A stretch of DNA of 64,000 bases from an uncultured Methanoregulaceae archaeon. Lineage in GTDB: Archaea; Halobacteriota; Methanomicrobia; Methanomicrobiales; Methanospirillaceae. The position numbers were made by a program, and so were the translations under genes. The notes under the pieces were generated by a model that saw only the letters and a list, made by a program, of their open reading frames with translations, made no database searches and was not told the origin of the DNA. Every line of letters starts with the position of its first letter. The first letter of the stretch is position 1. The DNA is taken from NCBI GenBank assembly GCA_963841015.1, contig CAWJAX010000005.1, positions 224,001 to 288,000 on the forward strand, written 5' to 3'. This document shows, piece after piece, positions 8,955 through 19,791 of the stretch.

Positions 8955-10850
8955 ATGACCGAGGATTTTAATGTCAGACTCGTCGAGGATGTGAAAACAT
9001 ACACGCCCGACCCACAGTACAAAAAAAATGCATGGATGGGAGACTACGAGAAAGCCTACAAGGATTTTCTGGCTGACCCTGACGGGTTCTGGAGCAAAAT
9101 GGCCTCCGAGCTGGAATGGATCCGGCACTGGAAAGCGGTGAAGGAGTGGAACTATCCGTATGCGAAATGGTTCATCAACGCACAGCTTAACATTACCGCA
9201 AACTGTCTTGACCGCCATGTGAAAAACCAGCGTCGGAACAAGGCAGCACTCATCTGGAGGGGCGAGAAGGGTGCGGAACGAATCTTCACGTACCAGCAGC
9301 TGCTCAGCAAAGTAATGCGATTTGCCAACGCTTTGAAAAAGATTGGCGTAAAGAAAGGTGATCGCGTCTGCATCTACATGCCACTCGTACCCGAACAGGT
9401 AATTTCAATGCTTGCCTGCGCCCGCATCGGTGCAATTCACAGCGTTGTGTTCGGTGGTTTTGGTCCGGCAGCACTTAACATGCGTATCCAGGATGCTTCT
9501 GCCAAGGTCGTCATCACCGCAGATATTGGCATGCGGCGTGGTAAAACCATCCAGCTGAAATCGATTGTTGAGGAGGCACTTATCAACGCTCCATCGGTCG
9601 AACATGTTATTGTGCTCAGGCGACAGGATCCCCCGGTTGATTTGAGACCAGGCCTCGAACTTGATTTCAACGAAATAATGGAGAGTGCATCGCAGGAATG
9701 CCCGCCTGAAGTCATGGATGCAGAAGACCCGCTTTTCACCTTATATACCAGCGGTTCCACCGGCAAACCCAAAGGGATTGTTCATACCTGTGCCGGATAC
9801 ATGGTCGGAACCTATTATACCAGCAAATACATCTTCGACATGAAGGATCACGATATTTTCTGGTGTACCGCAGATCCTGGCTGGATTACCGGCCACAGCT
9901 ATATCGTTTACGGTCCGCTTGCCGTAGGGGCAACAGTGTTTATTTCTGAGATGACTCCGGATTATCCTGATGCGGGAAGCTATTGGAACCTGATAGAAGA
10001 GCAGAAGATTACCATCTTCTATACAGCACCAACCGCAATCCGGATGTTCATGAAGATGGGGGAGGTGTGGCCCAACAAGTATAACTTAAGCTCGCTCCGC
10101 ATCATCGGATCCGTGGGGGAGCCGCTGAACCCTGAGGCATTTGAGTGGTATTATCATGTCATCGGAAAGGACAAGATCCCAGTCCTCGACACCTGGTGGC
10201 AGACCGAGACCGGGATGCATATGATCACCACGATGATCGGGGAACCCATGCGCCCGGGTTTTGCCGGAAAACCTATCCCCGGAGTTGAAACCGATGTGGT
10301 TGACAAGGACGGGAATTCTGTAAAACCGGGTACAGGAGGACTTCTGGTCATCAAATCCCCGTGGCCATCCATGCTCAGGACAGTGTGGAAGGATGATGAG
10401 CGGTACCGCAAATACTGGGAGACGGTTAAAGGGGTTTACACCGTCGGCGATCTTGCAGTGAAAGGCAAGGATGGGTACATTATGATCCTTGGCCGTTCTG
10501 ATGACATCATCGTGGTTGCAGGACACAATATCGGCACTGCTGAGGTGGAGAGCTCGCTTGTCTCCCATCATGCAGTTGCAGAATCGGCAGTTATCGGGAA
10601 GCCCGATGCGATGAAGGGCAACTCTATCAAGGCATTCGTTATCCTCCGGGTAGGTAATTCCCCGAGCGATAAACTCATGAATGATCTGATGTATCACGTG
10701 CGTATGACCCTGGGTCCTATCGCAGTACCTCAGGAGATAGAGTTTGTCGATAAACTCCCCAAGACCCGGAGCGGGAAGATCATGCGCCGCGTCCTGAAAG
10801 CCAAGGAGATGGGTATGGATCCCGGCGATATCTCCACGCTCGAGGAATAA
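8955..10850 (+). CDS. acs: AMP-forming acetyl-CoA synthetase (acetate--CoA ligase)
   Basis: YTSGSTGKPKG, WITGHSY, DTWWQTETG, PKTRSGKIMRR (acetylatable Lys). Confidence 0.95.
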   Translation: MTEDFNVRLVEDVKTYTPDPQYKKNAWMGDYEKAYKDFLADPDGFWSKMASELEWIRHWKAVKEWNYPYAKWFINAQLNITANCLDRHVKNQRRNKAALIWRGEKGAERIFTYQQLLSKVMRFANALKKIGVKKGDRVCIYMPLVPEQVISMLACARIGAIHSVVFGGFGPAALNMRIQDASAKVVITADIGMRRGKTIQLKSIVEEALINAPSVEHVIVLRRQDPPVDLRPGLELDFNEIMESASQECPPEVMDAEDPLFTLYTSGSTGKPKGIVHTCAGYMVGTYYTSKYIFDMKDHDIFWCTADPGWITGHSYIVYGPLAVGATVFISEMTPDYPDAGSYWNLIEEQKITIFYTAPTAIRMFMKMGEVWPNKYNLSSLRIIGSVGEPLNPEAFEWYYHVIGKDKIPVLDTWWQTETGMHMITTMIGEPMRPGFAGKPIPGVETDVVDKDGNSVKPGTGGLLVIKSPWPSMLRTVWKDDERYRKYWETVKGVYTVGDLAVKGKDGYIMILGRSDDIIVVAGHNIGTAEVESSLVSHHAVAESAVIGKPDAMKGNSIKAFVILRVGNSPSDKLMNDLMYHVRMTLGPIAVPQEIEFVDKLPKTRSGKIMRRVLKAKEMGMDPGDISTLEE

Positions 10851-10875
10851 TCAAATTTTTACCAGCTGAGGAAAA

Positions 10876-12141
10876 ATGAGCGAGGCAGTACAGGAAAAAT
10901 TATTCGGCATGGAACTGGAAAAAGGGCGCTGGATCCTTGTCATCCTTGGCATGATCATCAACCTGTGCTTAGGCGCTGTTTATTCATGGAGCGTGTTTGT
11001 CGGTCCGCTGACGAACTACTTCACCAAAGATCTGGGCCAGGTTGTCTCCGCCAGTGAAATCCTGTTGCCGTTTTCCGTCTTTCTGGCATTCTTTGCAATA
11101 GCAATGCCGTTTACCGGTAAATATATCGAAAAATATGGCCCAAGGAACATAACCATCGTGGGGGGGTGTCTTACCGGGCTTGGCTGGCTCCTCTCGTCGT
11201 TTGCAGGCTCTGTCCAGTGGCTCTACATCTTCTACGGGGTGATTGCCGGTATTGGCGTTGGCATAGCTTATGGAGTCCCGGTTGCCGTTGCAGCCCGCTG
11301 GTTCCCTGATCGCCGTGGACTGGCAGTTGGACTGACCCTGCTCGGGTTCGGATTCTCTGCACTGCTTACTGCCAATATTGCAGGATTCCTCATCGGTGCT
11401 ACAGGGGTCATGAACACATTCCGGGTGTTTGGTATTGCATTTGTTATCCTGATCGTCGTTCTCGCACTGCCCCTGAAATTCCCTTCAGCCGGGTGGAAAC
11501 CTGCCGGATGGATACCTCCTGCCCCAGCGGCCGGTCAGGCAGTCATCTGCGAATTCAAACGCGAGCAGATGCTTAAAACCACCACATTTTACGCTCTCTG
11601 GACCTGCTACTTTATTGGCTGTCTGGCCGGGCTCATGGCAATTGGCATTGCAAAGCCTGTCGGGGTCGATATCGGTGTTGAGGCTGGACTTGCTACCATG
11701 CTCGTTGGTGTCTTTGCTGTCTTCAACGGTTTTGGGCGCCCGGTCTTTGGCACCCTTACTGATAAGCTGACACCTCGCAACACAGCGATGTTATCATTTA
11801 TACTCATCGCATTCGCATCCCTTATAATCTGGCAGATTCCGTCCGTTGCGGTATATATCATTGCTTTCGCTATCCTCTGGGGCTGTCTTGGTGGATGGCT
11901 TGCTATAGCACCAACTGCTTGTGGTAGTTTCTTTGGTACCTGTGATTATCCTCGTTGCTACGGAGTCCTGTTCCTTGCATATGGTGCAGGTGGCATTGTA
12001 GGCCCGCAGTTGGCCGGTTTCATTAAAACATCAACTGGATCATACATGGGTGTGTTCCCCTATGTTCTCGTACTTGCGATAATCGGGCTGGGGATCGCAT
12101 TCGCTCTCTTAAAACCGCCAAAAGCACCCCAGAAAAACTAA
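10876..12141 (+). CDS. MFS transporter, oxalate/formate antiporter (OFA) family; possible acetate/carboxylate uptake
   Basis: About 12 TM segments, YSWSVF, WFPDRRGLA, NGFGR motifs; 25 bp downstream of acs. Confidence 0.85.
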   Translation: MSEAVQEKLFGMELEKGRWILVILGMIINLCLGAVYSWSVFVGPLTNYFTKDLGQVVSASEILLPFSVFLAFFAIAMPFTGKYIEKYGPRNITIVGGCLTGLGWLLSSFAGSVQWLYIFYGVIAGIGVGIAYGVPVAVAARWFPDRRGLAVGLTLLGFGFSALLTANIAGFLIGATGVMNTFRVFGIAFVILIVVLALPLKFPSAGWKPAGWIPPAPAAGQAVICEFKREQMLKTTTFYALWTCYFIGCLAGLMAIGIAKPVGVDIGVEAGLATMLVGVFAVFNGFGRPVFGTLTDKLTPRNTAMLSFILIAFASLIIWQIPSVAVYIIAFAILWGCLGGWLAIAPTACGSFFGTCDYPRCYGVLFLAYGAGGIVGPQLAGFIKTSTGSYMGVFPYVLVLAIIGLGIAFALLKPPKAPQKN

Positions 12142-12146
12142 TATTT

Positions 12147-13256
12147 TTATCCACGCTCTGCGTGATATATGCGTTTTCGCTGGGCCATCCGGTAGCCGGA
12201 AACCACAAGAACCGTATCGCCGAACTCAGCATCAAGCACCGGATCTCCCGTATCAACATATATTTGAGGTGTTTCACGGAGTTTGTGCGGTGTGGCAACC
12301 ACAATAATATTTCCGATTCCCACCCGTCGTACAATGCGGGCACTTATCTGCTGGTTGCCCCGGCCAAGAATGAATCCCTGTGCTCCGATTGGACTGATAA
12401 GAATTTTTGCTTCCTGTCCCTGTTCAAGTAAAGCCCAGAGGGTTTTTTCATCGATATCGAGGGCAATAGTATTCCCGTTTTTTACCGCATCTACACCAAG
12501 TAGGGTTTTATTCACCCCGAGTTCGCGGGCGATGGCTTCAGTTGTTGTCCCTGCGCCGATGATATAGAGAACATCCGGAATCATTATCTCGTGAAAAAAC
12601 CGGGCGATTTCCCCTTTTGCCCGTTCCTCATCGCTTTCTTCAAATATTTGCTTAGGGAGCTGCACCTTTCCTTCAAGAGCAGGGGTGCGGGCAATACCAT
12701 GTAATCTTGTTTTCAGCTCTCCTGCACGGTACGCATCCTCATCCACATCCATCACTTCAGAATCCCTCAGCGATTCTTTCCGATATCCGGCCACGATCTC
12801 CGCTGCTGTAACCGGATCGATGGCAAATACCGCCGAGAACATCTTGACACCCGCGGGAATCCCCAGAATCGGCAGATTCCTGCCCACCGCATCAAAGATG
12901 TGCCTCGCGGTCCCGTCACCACCACAAAACAGGATCAGATCAACACCGTCTTTCAGGAACGTCTGTGCTGCCCGCCGGGTATCCAGAGCGCTGCTTTCAC
13001 CGGTGAAATGATAAAGCACCTGATACTTTTGTATTCCTGCTTCCCCGAGAGCATCCTCACCCATTGCACCCGAACAGGTAACAAAATCCAGATTTTTATC
13101 GTGTGACAGGAGTGCAAGCGTAATATGAGCCCGGTTTTTTGCGAGCGGTAATGCCCCGCGACGGCGGGCTTCCTCCACATTGCCGTCGGTTCCCTTGAGC
13201 CCTACTGCACCCCCCATACCAGCAATAGGGTTGACGAGAAACCCGATGCGTTTCAT
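12147..13256 (-). CDS. ATP-NAD kinase / AcoX-like family protein
   Basis: MKRIGFLVNPIAGMGG..GLKGTDG, GGDGT, GIPAGVK, GRGNQQ. Confidence 0.85.
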   Translation of the reverse strand: MKRIGFLVNPIAGMGGAVGLKGTDGNVEEARRRGALPLAKNRAHITLALLSHDKNLDFVTCSGAMGEDALGEAGIQKYQVLYHFTGESSALDTRRAAQTFLKDGVDLILFCGGDGTARHIFDAVGRNLPILGIPAGVKMFSAVFAIDPVTAAEIVAGYRKESLRDSEVMDVDEDAYRAGELKTRLHGIARTPALEGKVQLPKQIFEESDEERAKGEIARFFHEIMIPDVLYIIGAGTTTEAIARELGVNKTLLGVDAVKNGNTIALDIDEKTLWALLEQGQEAKILISPIGAQGFILGRGNQQISARIVRRVGIGNIIVVATPHKLRETPQIYVDTGDPVLDAEFGDTVLVVSGYRMAQRKRIYHAERG

Positions 13257-13269
13257 AAAAAAAGAATTT

Positions 13270-14628
13270 TTAGGAAATTTTGGGTATCCGGGCAAGTGAC
13301 TCCTTGATCAGCTCATCCGGGTACTCGTAGTCCACCAGTTTGCCTTCATAATAGGCGTCATATGCTGTCATATCAAAATTGCCATGGCCGGAACAGTTGA
13401 ACAGGATTGTCTTGTCTTCTCCCGTCTTTTTGCATTTGAGAGCCTCATCAATCGCAGATTTTACAGCATGGGAAGTCTCAGGGGCGACAATGATCCCTTC
13501 CGTGCGGGCAAAGGTCTGGGCTGCATCAAAGACTTCGCTCTGGTGGTAGGCCACAGCCCGCATCACACCGTCATTCACAAGCCGGGAGACAATCGGGGAA
13601 TCGCCATGATAGCGGAGACCCCCCGCATGCATTGAAGGCGGAACAAAGTCATGGCCCAGCGTGAACATCTTGAGAAGCGGTGTATAACCAGCTTCATCAG
13701 CAAGATCGTACGTGAATAACCCTTTTGTCAGGGTGGGGCAGGATGCCGGTTCGGCCCCGATGATGTCCACATCCTTATGCTTACCAGTCAGCTTATCCCC
13801 GGCAAACGGGAACGAGATACCGGCGAAGTTGGACCCTCCTCCTACGCACCCGATCACCACATCAGGATAATCATCAACCAGTGCGAGCTGTTCACGACAT
13901 TCGAGTCCAATCACTGTCTGGTGGAGACAGACATGGTTCAATACCGAACCCAGGGCGTAGTTGGTGTTACTGTGGGATGCAGCATCTTCGACAGCTTCAG
14001 ATATGGCCATACCCAGACTTCCCGGGGTATCAGGGTCTTTTTCGAGCATGGCCCGGCCTGCATTCGTCTTGGTGCTCGGACTGGGAAGACATTCGGCACC
14101 CCAGACGTGCATCATCGACTTCCGGTAGGGTTTCTGAGTATAGCTCGATCGGACCATGTAGATGGTGCATTCAAGATCATACAGCATCGTGGCAAAGGAC
14201 ATGGCCGATCCCCACTGACCTGCGCCGGTCTCGGTTGCAATCCTCTCGATCCCTGCCTTCATATTGTAATATGCCTGAGGGATCGACGTGTTCGTCTTGT
14301 GACTCCCGGCCGGGCTGACTCCCTCCCACTTGTAGTAAATCTTTGCCGGTGTTTTTAAGAATTTTTCAAGACGGTGGGCACGGTACAGGGGGCTTGGCCT
14401 CCAGAGGCGCATTACCTCCTGGACCTCTTCGGGGATAGCAATATTTCGATCCGTAGTGACTTCCTGCCGAATCAACTCCATCGGGAAGATGGCTGAAAGA
14501 TCCTCAGGCCCAATCGGTTTCTGGGTCTTGGGATGGAGTGGCGGGTCGAGCGGTGACTTCAGATCCGCCTGGACATTGTACCACTTTTTTGGTATCTGCT
14601 CCTCATCGAGGAGGATTTTTGTCTGCAT
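13270..14628 (-). CDS. trpB2: TrpB2-type tryptophan synthase beta chain (stand-alone PLP enzyme)
   Basis: GSHKTN PLP lysine, [22 protein letters not shown]; long N-terminus typical of TrpB2. Confidence 0.9.
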   Translation of the reverse strand: MQTKILLDEEQIPKKWYNVQADLKSPLDPPLHPKTQKPIGPEDLSAIFPMELIRQEVTTDRNIAIPEEVQEVMRLWRPSPLYRAHRLEKFLKTPAKIYYKWEGVSPAGSHKTNTSIPQAYYNMKAGIERIATETGAGQWGSAMSFATMLYDLECTIYMVRSSYTQKPYRKSMMHVWGAECLPSPSTKTNAGRAMLEKDPDTPGSLGMAISEAVEDAASHSNTNYALGSVLNHVCLHQTVIGLECREQLALVDDYPDVVIGCVGGGSNFAGISFPFAGDKLTGKHKDVDIIGAEPASCPTLTKGLFTYDLADEAGYTPLLKMFTLGHDFVPPSMHAGGLRYHGDSPIVSRLVNDGVMRAVAYHQSEVFDAAQTFARTEGIIVAPETSHAVKSAIDEALKCKKTGEDKTILFNCSGHGNFDMTAYDAYYEGKLVDYEYPDELIKESLARIPKIS

Positions 14629-14632
14629 ACAA

Positions 14633-14679
14633 AGTACTTGGTTTGTATAAATATATACATTGTGCTACAAATTTGTACA
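14633..14679. promoter_or_regulatory. Array of TRP-box-like hexamers overlapping the trpB2 promoter
   Basis: TGTATA (14644), TATACA (14654), GCTACA (14664), TGTACA (14674) at exact 10-bp period, plus AGTACT (14633); the TrpY consensus is TGTACA. Confidence 0.6.
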
Positions 14680-14873
14680 CTATAGACCAAGAGATGAAAC
14701 GGTTTACTCCCACACCCTCGAGGTATTAAAGCGCAATTTCTTATAATTGAGCGCAAGAACAACACTTTCGATTCCGCCTTCCATACCATTAATATAGTCT
14801 GGAGAAAATCTGTAATGAAGTTGTTATTCCTGCAACAACAGAAAGATCCATCATAGGATCAGGTGATTATGGG

Positions 14874-15542
14874 ATGAAACATTCACTTATTGACATTCTC
14901 ATCAGACCCGGGGAATTCTTCCAGGCTGCAATCGCAGAAAAGGAAAGTCTCAAAATTCCCGGAATTATTGTTCTTACCTTGGGGGTTGTCTCAGCTGTAT
15001 ATGCGTATTTAATCGGGGGATTAACAGGAAAAATGATGGCAGGATTGATGCCCGGAATGGATTCGATAATCGCTATATCTGCTATTCTTGGCGCATTAGT
15101 GGGGATTTTCGTGTTCTGGGGGATATGGGCTGGTGTGTTCTATCTTATATCATCATTATTCAACGGCAAAGGCACATTTAAACGAACACTTGAGTTTATC
15201 GGGTATGGTTATCTCCCTCAGATTTTCGGAGGGGTGCTGACCGTGATTGTTGCGCTTCAGTATATTCCAAAAGTCATTGTTCCTGAAATTAACTCAGCCG
15301 CAGCCCAGGATCCCCAGCTGATCCAGGAAGCGGCCAAAACACTGATGCATGATCCTGCAATGATGGAGATGACCCAGATCATCTCAATTATTTCCATCGT
15401 ATTCCTTCTCTGGAGTGCAAATATCTGGATATCCGGAATGAGAAATGCCCGACAGCTTTCTGAAAGGGATGCCGCACTCTGTGTCGGCATTCCTGTTGTT
15501 ATTTACATTCTCTATATCATCTATACCATGACAGGGATTTAA
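14874..15542 (+). CDS. Yip1 family membrane protein
   Basis: LIRPGEFF start, G.GTFKRTLEFIGYGYLP, 5 TM segments; first gene of the ABC operon. Confidence 0.8.
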   Translation: MKHSLIDILIRPGEFFQAAIAEKESLKIPGIIVLTLGVVSAVYAYLIGGLTGKMMAGLMPGMDSIIAISAILGALVGIFVFWGIWAGVFYLISSLFNGKGTFKRTLEFIGYGYLPQIFGGVLTVIVALQYIPKVIVPEINSAAAQDPQLIQEAAKTLMHDPAMMEMTQIISIISIVFLLWSANIWISGMRNARQLSERDAALCVGIPVVIYILYIIYTMTGI

Positions 15543-16709
15543 ATGAAAAACGCTCGATTTATTATTCTCACAGCTCTCTTCCTGATTTTCAGTACAGGAA
15601 CTGGTGCGGTAACCGCATTCACGACGCCGGAATCCATTGTTACCGCTGGCAATGTCTATGTTTCCAACATTACCTTTGATCCGGGATCTTTTTTTACCAA
15701 TGATGCGGGTATTGTTACGGTATATGTAACCAATGGTAACCCTGACCAGAGCGTCGTGGTAAATCATGTAACCATTGGTGACAAAAATATCAGGCTCACC
15801 AGCACACCCTACGATTCTTCATCCAATATCGGTCCTCTCCAGACGAAATCATTCGTTTTTTCCGTTGTGGGGGATGCCCCTGATGGAACGTATTATCCGA
15901 CATTCTCCCTCAGCTTCCGTGATGCAGACAGTCTTTACTCCCGGGCAACAGTCCAGGTAGATAACACCCCGCTTGAGCTGACGATTGTTGAGAAACCTGA
16001 TGCATTTTCCCAGGGAAAGAAAAAGACCATTTTCATACAAGTGGCAAATCCGCGGAAAAATGATTTAAGGAATGTCATTCTTGAAGTTTCTGGTACCGGG
16101 GTGACAGCAACTCCGGCAAGAACCTTCATCGGCAACCTTGCTTCAGGTGCCAAAATACCGCTGAACTTCACCATAACCCCGGAACAGGAGACATCCCTTA
16201 CGATCACGGCAACATACAATAATGGAAATAATCCCCATAAAGAGAGGATTGATCTCCCGATTACATTTGGGATCGATAAAAAGCAGGCAAATCCGGTTAT
16301 CAGTAATGTCCAGGTAAAATCTGAAAGCGGTGTCTATCACATCACTGGTGATGTAAACAATGCCGGGCTGGAAACGGCAAATACCGTAATGGTAACTTCA
16401 ATTTCACCAGCGATTCCGCAGGATCCGTATAAGACCTATGTTGTCGGAGCACTCAAACCTGATGATTTCGGGAGCTTTGAAGTTACGTTCTCCGCAAATA
16501 GCACTTCAAGTATCCCGATTCAACTTTCGTACAAGGATACCGATGGCAACCTGTACACCTCTGTGCAGGATGTGAACATAACAAAATCCGGAACCAGCCC
16601 ACAAAATAATTGGGGGTCAAATATTCTCTTTCCCCTTATTGCCGTGGTGATTGTAATTGTTGCTTGTATCGGCGGATGGTATTTCTACCTGAGAAGGAAC
16701 AAGAAGTGA
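15543..16709 (+). CDS. Secreted, C-terminally anchored Ig-like (COG1361/S-layer-domain) ABC accessory protein
   Basis: Signal peptide, beta-rich repeats, VGALKPDDFGSFEVTF, C-terminal TM with basic tail. Confidence 0.75.
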   Translation: MKNARFIILTALFLIFSTGTGAVTAFTTPESIVTAGNVYVSNITFDPGSFFTNDAGIVTVYVTNGNPDQSVVVNHVTIGDKNIRLTSTPYDSSSNIGPLQTKSFVFSVVGDAPDGTYYPTFSLSFRDADSLYSRATVQVDNTPLELTIVEKPDAFSQGKKKTIFIQVANPRKNDLRNVILEVSGTGVTATPARTFIGNLASGAKIPLNFTITPEQETSLTITATYNNGNNPHKERIDLPITFGIDKKQANPVISNVQVKSESGVYHITGDVNNAGLETANTVMVTSISPAIPQDPYKTYVVGALKPDDFGSFEVTFSANSTSSIPIQLSYKDTDGNLYTSVQDVNITKSGTSPQNNWGSNILFPLIAVVIVIVACIGGWYFYLRRNKK

Positions 16710-16717
16710 CCATCACT

Positions 16718-17395
16718 ATGGGCAATCCACCCGTCATGGTGTTCAAAGACGTAGTCAAAGTGTACCCGCTTCCATCGGGAGACGTTACTGCGCTTGACGG
16801 GGTATGCTTCAAGGTTGACCGCGGGGAGTTCATCTCTATCATGGGGCCTTCAGGTTCCGGGAAATCAACTCTCCTGAACCTGATGGGGTGTCTTGACACA
16901 CCTACATCCGGAGACATATATATCAGCGGTACCCGTACCGGGGACATGTCCGATAAAGAACTCACAGAACTGCGGAGGGACCGGATCGGATTTATCTTCC
17001 AGTATTTCAACCTGTTTCCGCTGTTGAACATCATCGAAAACGTGACATTTCCCATGATGCTGAAGTCCAAGAATGCGGTGGATCCGGAAAAAGCACGCGC
17101 TATGCTCCGTGCGGTTCAGCTTGATGATTCGCTCTTCACGCATACCCCCATGGAGGTTTCAGGTGGTCAGCAACAGCGGGTAGCCGTTGCCCGGGCACTC
17201 ATCAATGATCCTGATATCCTGCTTTGTGACGAGCCAACAGGAAATCTTGACTCAAAGACCGGTGCCGGCATTATGGACCTTATGACGGAACTCAATCGCA
17301 AGGGTACGACAATAATCATGGTCACCCATGATGTCAATATTGCCGCTTATTCAAAAAGGACAATCCGAATCGCTGATGGGAGAATTGTGGCATGA
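16718..17395 (+). CDS. ABC transporter ATP-binding protein (LolD/MacB type)
   Basis: GPSGSGKS, GFIFQYFNL, VSGGQQQR, LCDEPTGNLD. Confidence 0.95.
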   Translation: MGNPPVMVFKDVVKVYPLPSGDVTALDGVCFKVDRGEFISIMGPSGSGKSTLLNLMGCLDTPTSGDIYISGTRTGDMSDKELTELRRDRIGFIFQYFNLFPLLNIIENVTFPMMLKSKNAVDPEKARAMLRAVQLDDSLFTHTPMEVSGGQQQRVAVARALINDPDILLCDEPTGNLDSKTGAGIMDLMTELNRKGTTIIMVTHDVNIAAYSKRTIRIADGRIVA

Positions 17396-18579
17396 TCTTT
17401 TGGGAAATTGCCAAACGAAATATCAGGATCCATCTGCTCCGGTCCACCCTCGCCATGCTGGGAATCGTAATTGGTGTGGTTGCGATAGCATCCATGGGAA
17501 TTCTCGGAAATAGTTTAGTGCTCACCGTCTCTGACAGTCTGAAAACAGTCGGCGACAGCGTTATTGTCACCCCCCATGTCGGCGGAACTATGCGCGGACC
17601 CCCCGGGGGAACGGGGGGTCCGTCATCCCTTAGCATTACCGAACAGAATTTTCAGCAGATAAAACGTGCTTCTGCCCCAAATGTTGCTATTCCTGTACTT
17701 CAGACTTCGGATCGCATGAAACTTGGTGTGGGGAGCGATGAGATCGTTGCACCAATCTACGGCCTTAACCCGGATGATGTCCCCGATCTCCTGAAACTAA
17801 AAGAGGGGGCGTACAGCCGGGGCGATTCGGGTGTTCTCGTGGGATCAACATTCGCGACAGACAACAACGTCAAGGTCGGATCGCGGATTGCAATCGGAAC
17901 TGAGGGAAATAAGGGTACACTGCGGGTGACCGGAATCATTGAGGAACGCGGGATGGCATTTGATGTCAGCACCGATTCCGCAATAGTAGTGACGAAAGAC
18001 TGGTTCGATCAGTCATATAATCGTAACGATTACGATAAGGTGGTTGTGAAGGTAAAGAATCTGGATGACCTTCCTGCCGTTAAAAGCGCTATAGAAAATC
18101 AGATGAACAAGCGGGATAAAATCGTTGACGTTGTGGATACCCGTAAAACAATGGAAACCATATTTTCAGCATTCGGCCAGATTACCACATTTGTGTCAGC
18201 GATCGGAGGGATTTCAATGCTGGTTGCTGGAGTTTCAATTCTCAACATCATGATGATGTCAGTAACCGAGCGGATCAAGGAGATTGGCATTATGCGCAGC
18301 ATCGGAGCGCAACGAAAAGAAGTAATGTCAATGTTCCTTTATGAGGCGTTGATCCTCGGTGTTGTCGGAAGCCTGATTGGAGGCATTATGAGTCTTCTGG
18401 GGGGATATGCAATCAGCAGTGTTATGTTACAATCCACAAAGTATCTGTTCGTTCCTTCAACCATGGTCCATATTTTTTATGGTATGACATTCGGTATTGT
18501 TATCAGCCTGATCTGTGGAATATACCCCGCATGGCGTGCAGCCAATCTCAATCCTATCGATGCACTCCGGCACGAATAA
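17392..18579 (+). CDS. ABC transporter permease (MacB/FtsX type)
   Basis: RSTLAMLGIVIGV, SVTERIKEIGIMRSIGA, YPAWRAANLNPIDALR. Confidence 0.95.
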   Translation: MIFWEIAKRNIRIHLLRSTLAMLGIVIGVVAIASMGILGNSLVLTVSDSLKTVGDSVIVTPHVGGTMRGPPGGTGGPSSLSITEQNFQQIKRASAPNVAIPVLQTSDRMKLGVGSDEIVAPIYGLNPDDVPDLLKLKEGAYSRGDSGVLVGSTFATDNNVKVGSRIAIGTEGNKGTLRVTGIIEERGMAFDVSTDSAIVVTKDWFDQSYNRNDYDKVVVKVKNLDDLPAVKSAIENQMNKRDKIVDVVDTRKTMETIFSAFGQITTFVSAIGGISMLVAGVSILNIMMMSVTERIKEIGIMRSIGAQRKEVMSMFLYEALILGVVGSLIGGIMSLLGGYAISSVMLQSTKYLFVPSTMVHIFYGMTFGIVISLICGIYPAWRAANLNPIDALRHE

Positions 18580-18649
18580 TATCCATTTTTTAATGAACTG
18601 ATCCTGCACGGACAGATACCTTTAACCGGCCGTGTGCATACTCAATGCT

Positions 18650-19513
18650 ATGAGCCCTGCACCAATACAACCGCTTATAGCGCCAGACTGGAATGAGATC
18701 TGGAAGGCACGGCAGTGCTTGCACGAGTCATCGAAGCATTCCGATGATCCCTCGCATAACTGGGACAAACGGGAAAATGCTGAACGCTACGATTCCACTT
18801 CCCGCAGTGAATACGATGACCGTGTCCGGATTACAATCGCTTGTCTTGACATCACGAAAAATTCCCGGGTGCTGGATATCGGGGCGGGGCCGGGAACCCT
18901 CTCTATCCCTCTCTCCCCTCGAGTGAAGAAGATTACCGCGGTAGAGCCCGGGGCCGGCATGGTGGAGATCCTCAGGGAGCATGCTGAGCGGGAGAAATTA
19001 CACAATATCACCTGCGTGCAGAAGACCTGGGAGGAGATAGATCTCTCCTCTGACCTCACTCCCCCGTTTGACATTGTCATCGCTTCCCTCTCCCTGACCA
19101 TGCATGATATCCGGGAAGCGCTCCGGAAGATGGATGCTGCCTCCTGTGGCTCCGTTCACCTCTTCTGGTTCGTAGACATGCCCTTCTGGGAGCGGATGTA
19201 TGCCGATCTCTGGGAGCCCCTGCACGGGAGCCCGTATCATGCCGGGCCGAAAGCCGATTGTCTCTTCGGGGTCCTCTACCAGATGGGAATTTACCCGGAC
19301 GTCACCATGCTGCCGCTCTCAAAGGAGTACCGTTTCGGGAGTCAGGAGGAGATGCTCGGGTTCTTCCGGAAGCGGTTTGGGGCTAAGACACCACAGCAGG
19401 AGCGGATCGTGGATGCCTATGTCACCCCGCAAATACGTCAGCAGGGCGATGAAGTGGTTATCTCCGGGGATTCGACATTTGCACATCTGAGATGGAGAAC
19501 GACAAAGTCCTGA
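18650..19513 (+). CDS. Class I SAM-dependent methyltransferase
   Basis: VLDIGAGPG, AVEP, FDIVIAS motifs. Confidence 0.9.
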   Translation: MSPAPIQPLIAPDWNEIWKARQCLHESSKHSDDPSHNWDKRENAERYDSTSRSEYDDRVRITIACLDITKNSRVLDIGAGPGTLSIPLSPRVKKITAVEPGAGMVEILREHAEREKLHNITCVQKTWEEIDLSSDLTPPFDIVIASLSLTMHDIREALRKMDAASCGSVHLFWFVDMPFWERMYADLWEPLHGSPYHAGPKADCLFGVLYQMGIYPDVTMLPLSKEYRFGSQEEMLGFFRKRFGAKTPQQERIVDAYVTPQIRQQGDEVVISGDSTFAHLRWRTTKS

Positions 19514-19589
19514 AAACGGTTCTCGCAAATCGAACAACTCCTTTTAGAATACTTCTCCAGTCCACGACTCTGACGGACCCACATACTAC

Positions 19590-19603
19590 AAAGCGTATAT
19601 AAT
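19590..19603 (+). promoter_or_regulatory. BRE/TATA-like promoter
   Basis: AAAGCG-TATATAAT, about 20-25 nt before the structured segment. Confidence 0.55.
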
Positions 19604-19621
19604 TTTGAGAGTAATGCGTGG

Positions 19622-19791
19622 AGCAGCAGTGTGGCAATAGATCTGTGCACTCACAGGATTGTCACCGATATATTCACAACAAGGTAAGGAGCTGTTGCTA
19701 TCGAAATCTGTCAGACACAAAACAAAAACAGTGTAGCAGAGGAATACCAGCAGCCGTACGAAACCCTGGCGGGAAATAGTCGAGGCCGTCC
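19622..19791 (+). ncRNA. Candidate structured RNA or long 5' leader
   Basis: Stems read by eye: 19622-29/19692-99, 19631-38/19658-65, 19642-47/19652-57, 19707-18/19731-40, 19747-50/19766-69. Confidence 0.4.

Noticed and set aside
19560-19770. Hammerhead ribozyme or known riboswitch in the structured leader
   Set aside because: CGAAAC is present but there is no CUGANGA core in a suitable position; I did not recognise TPP, fluoride, FMN or cobalamin consensus elements
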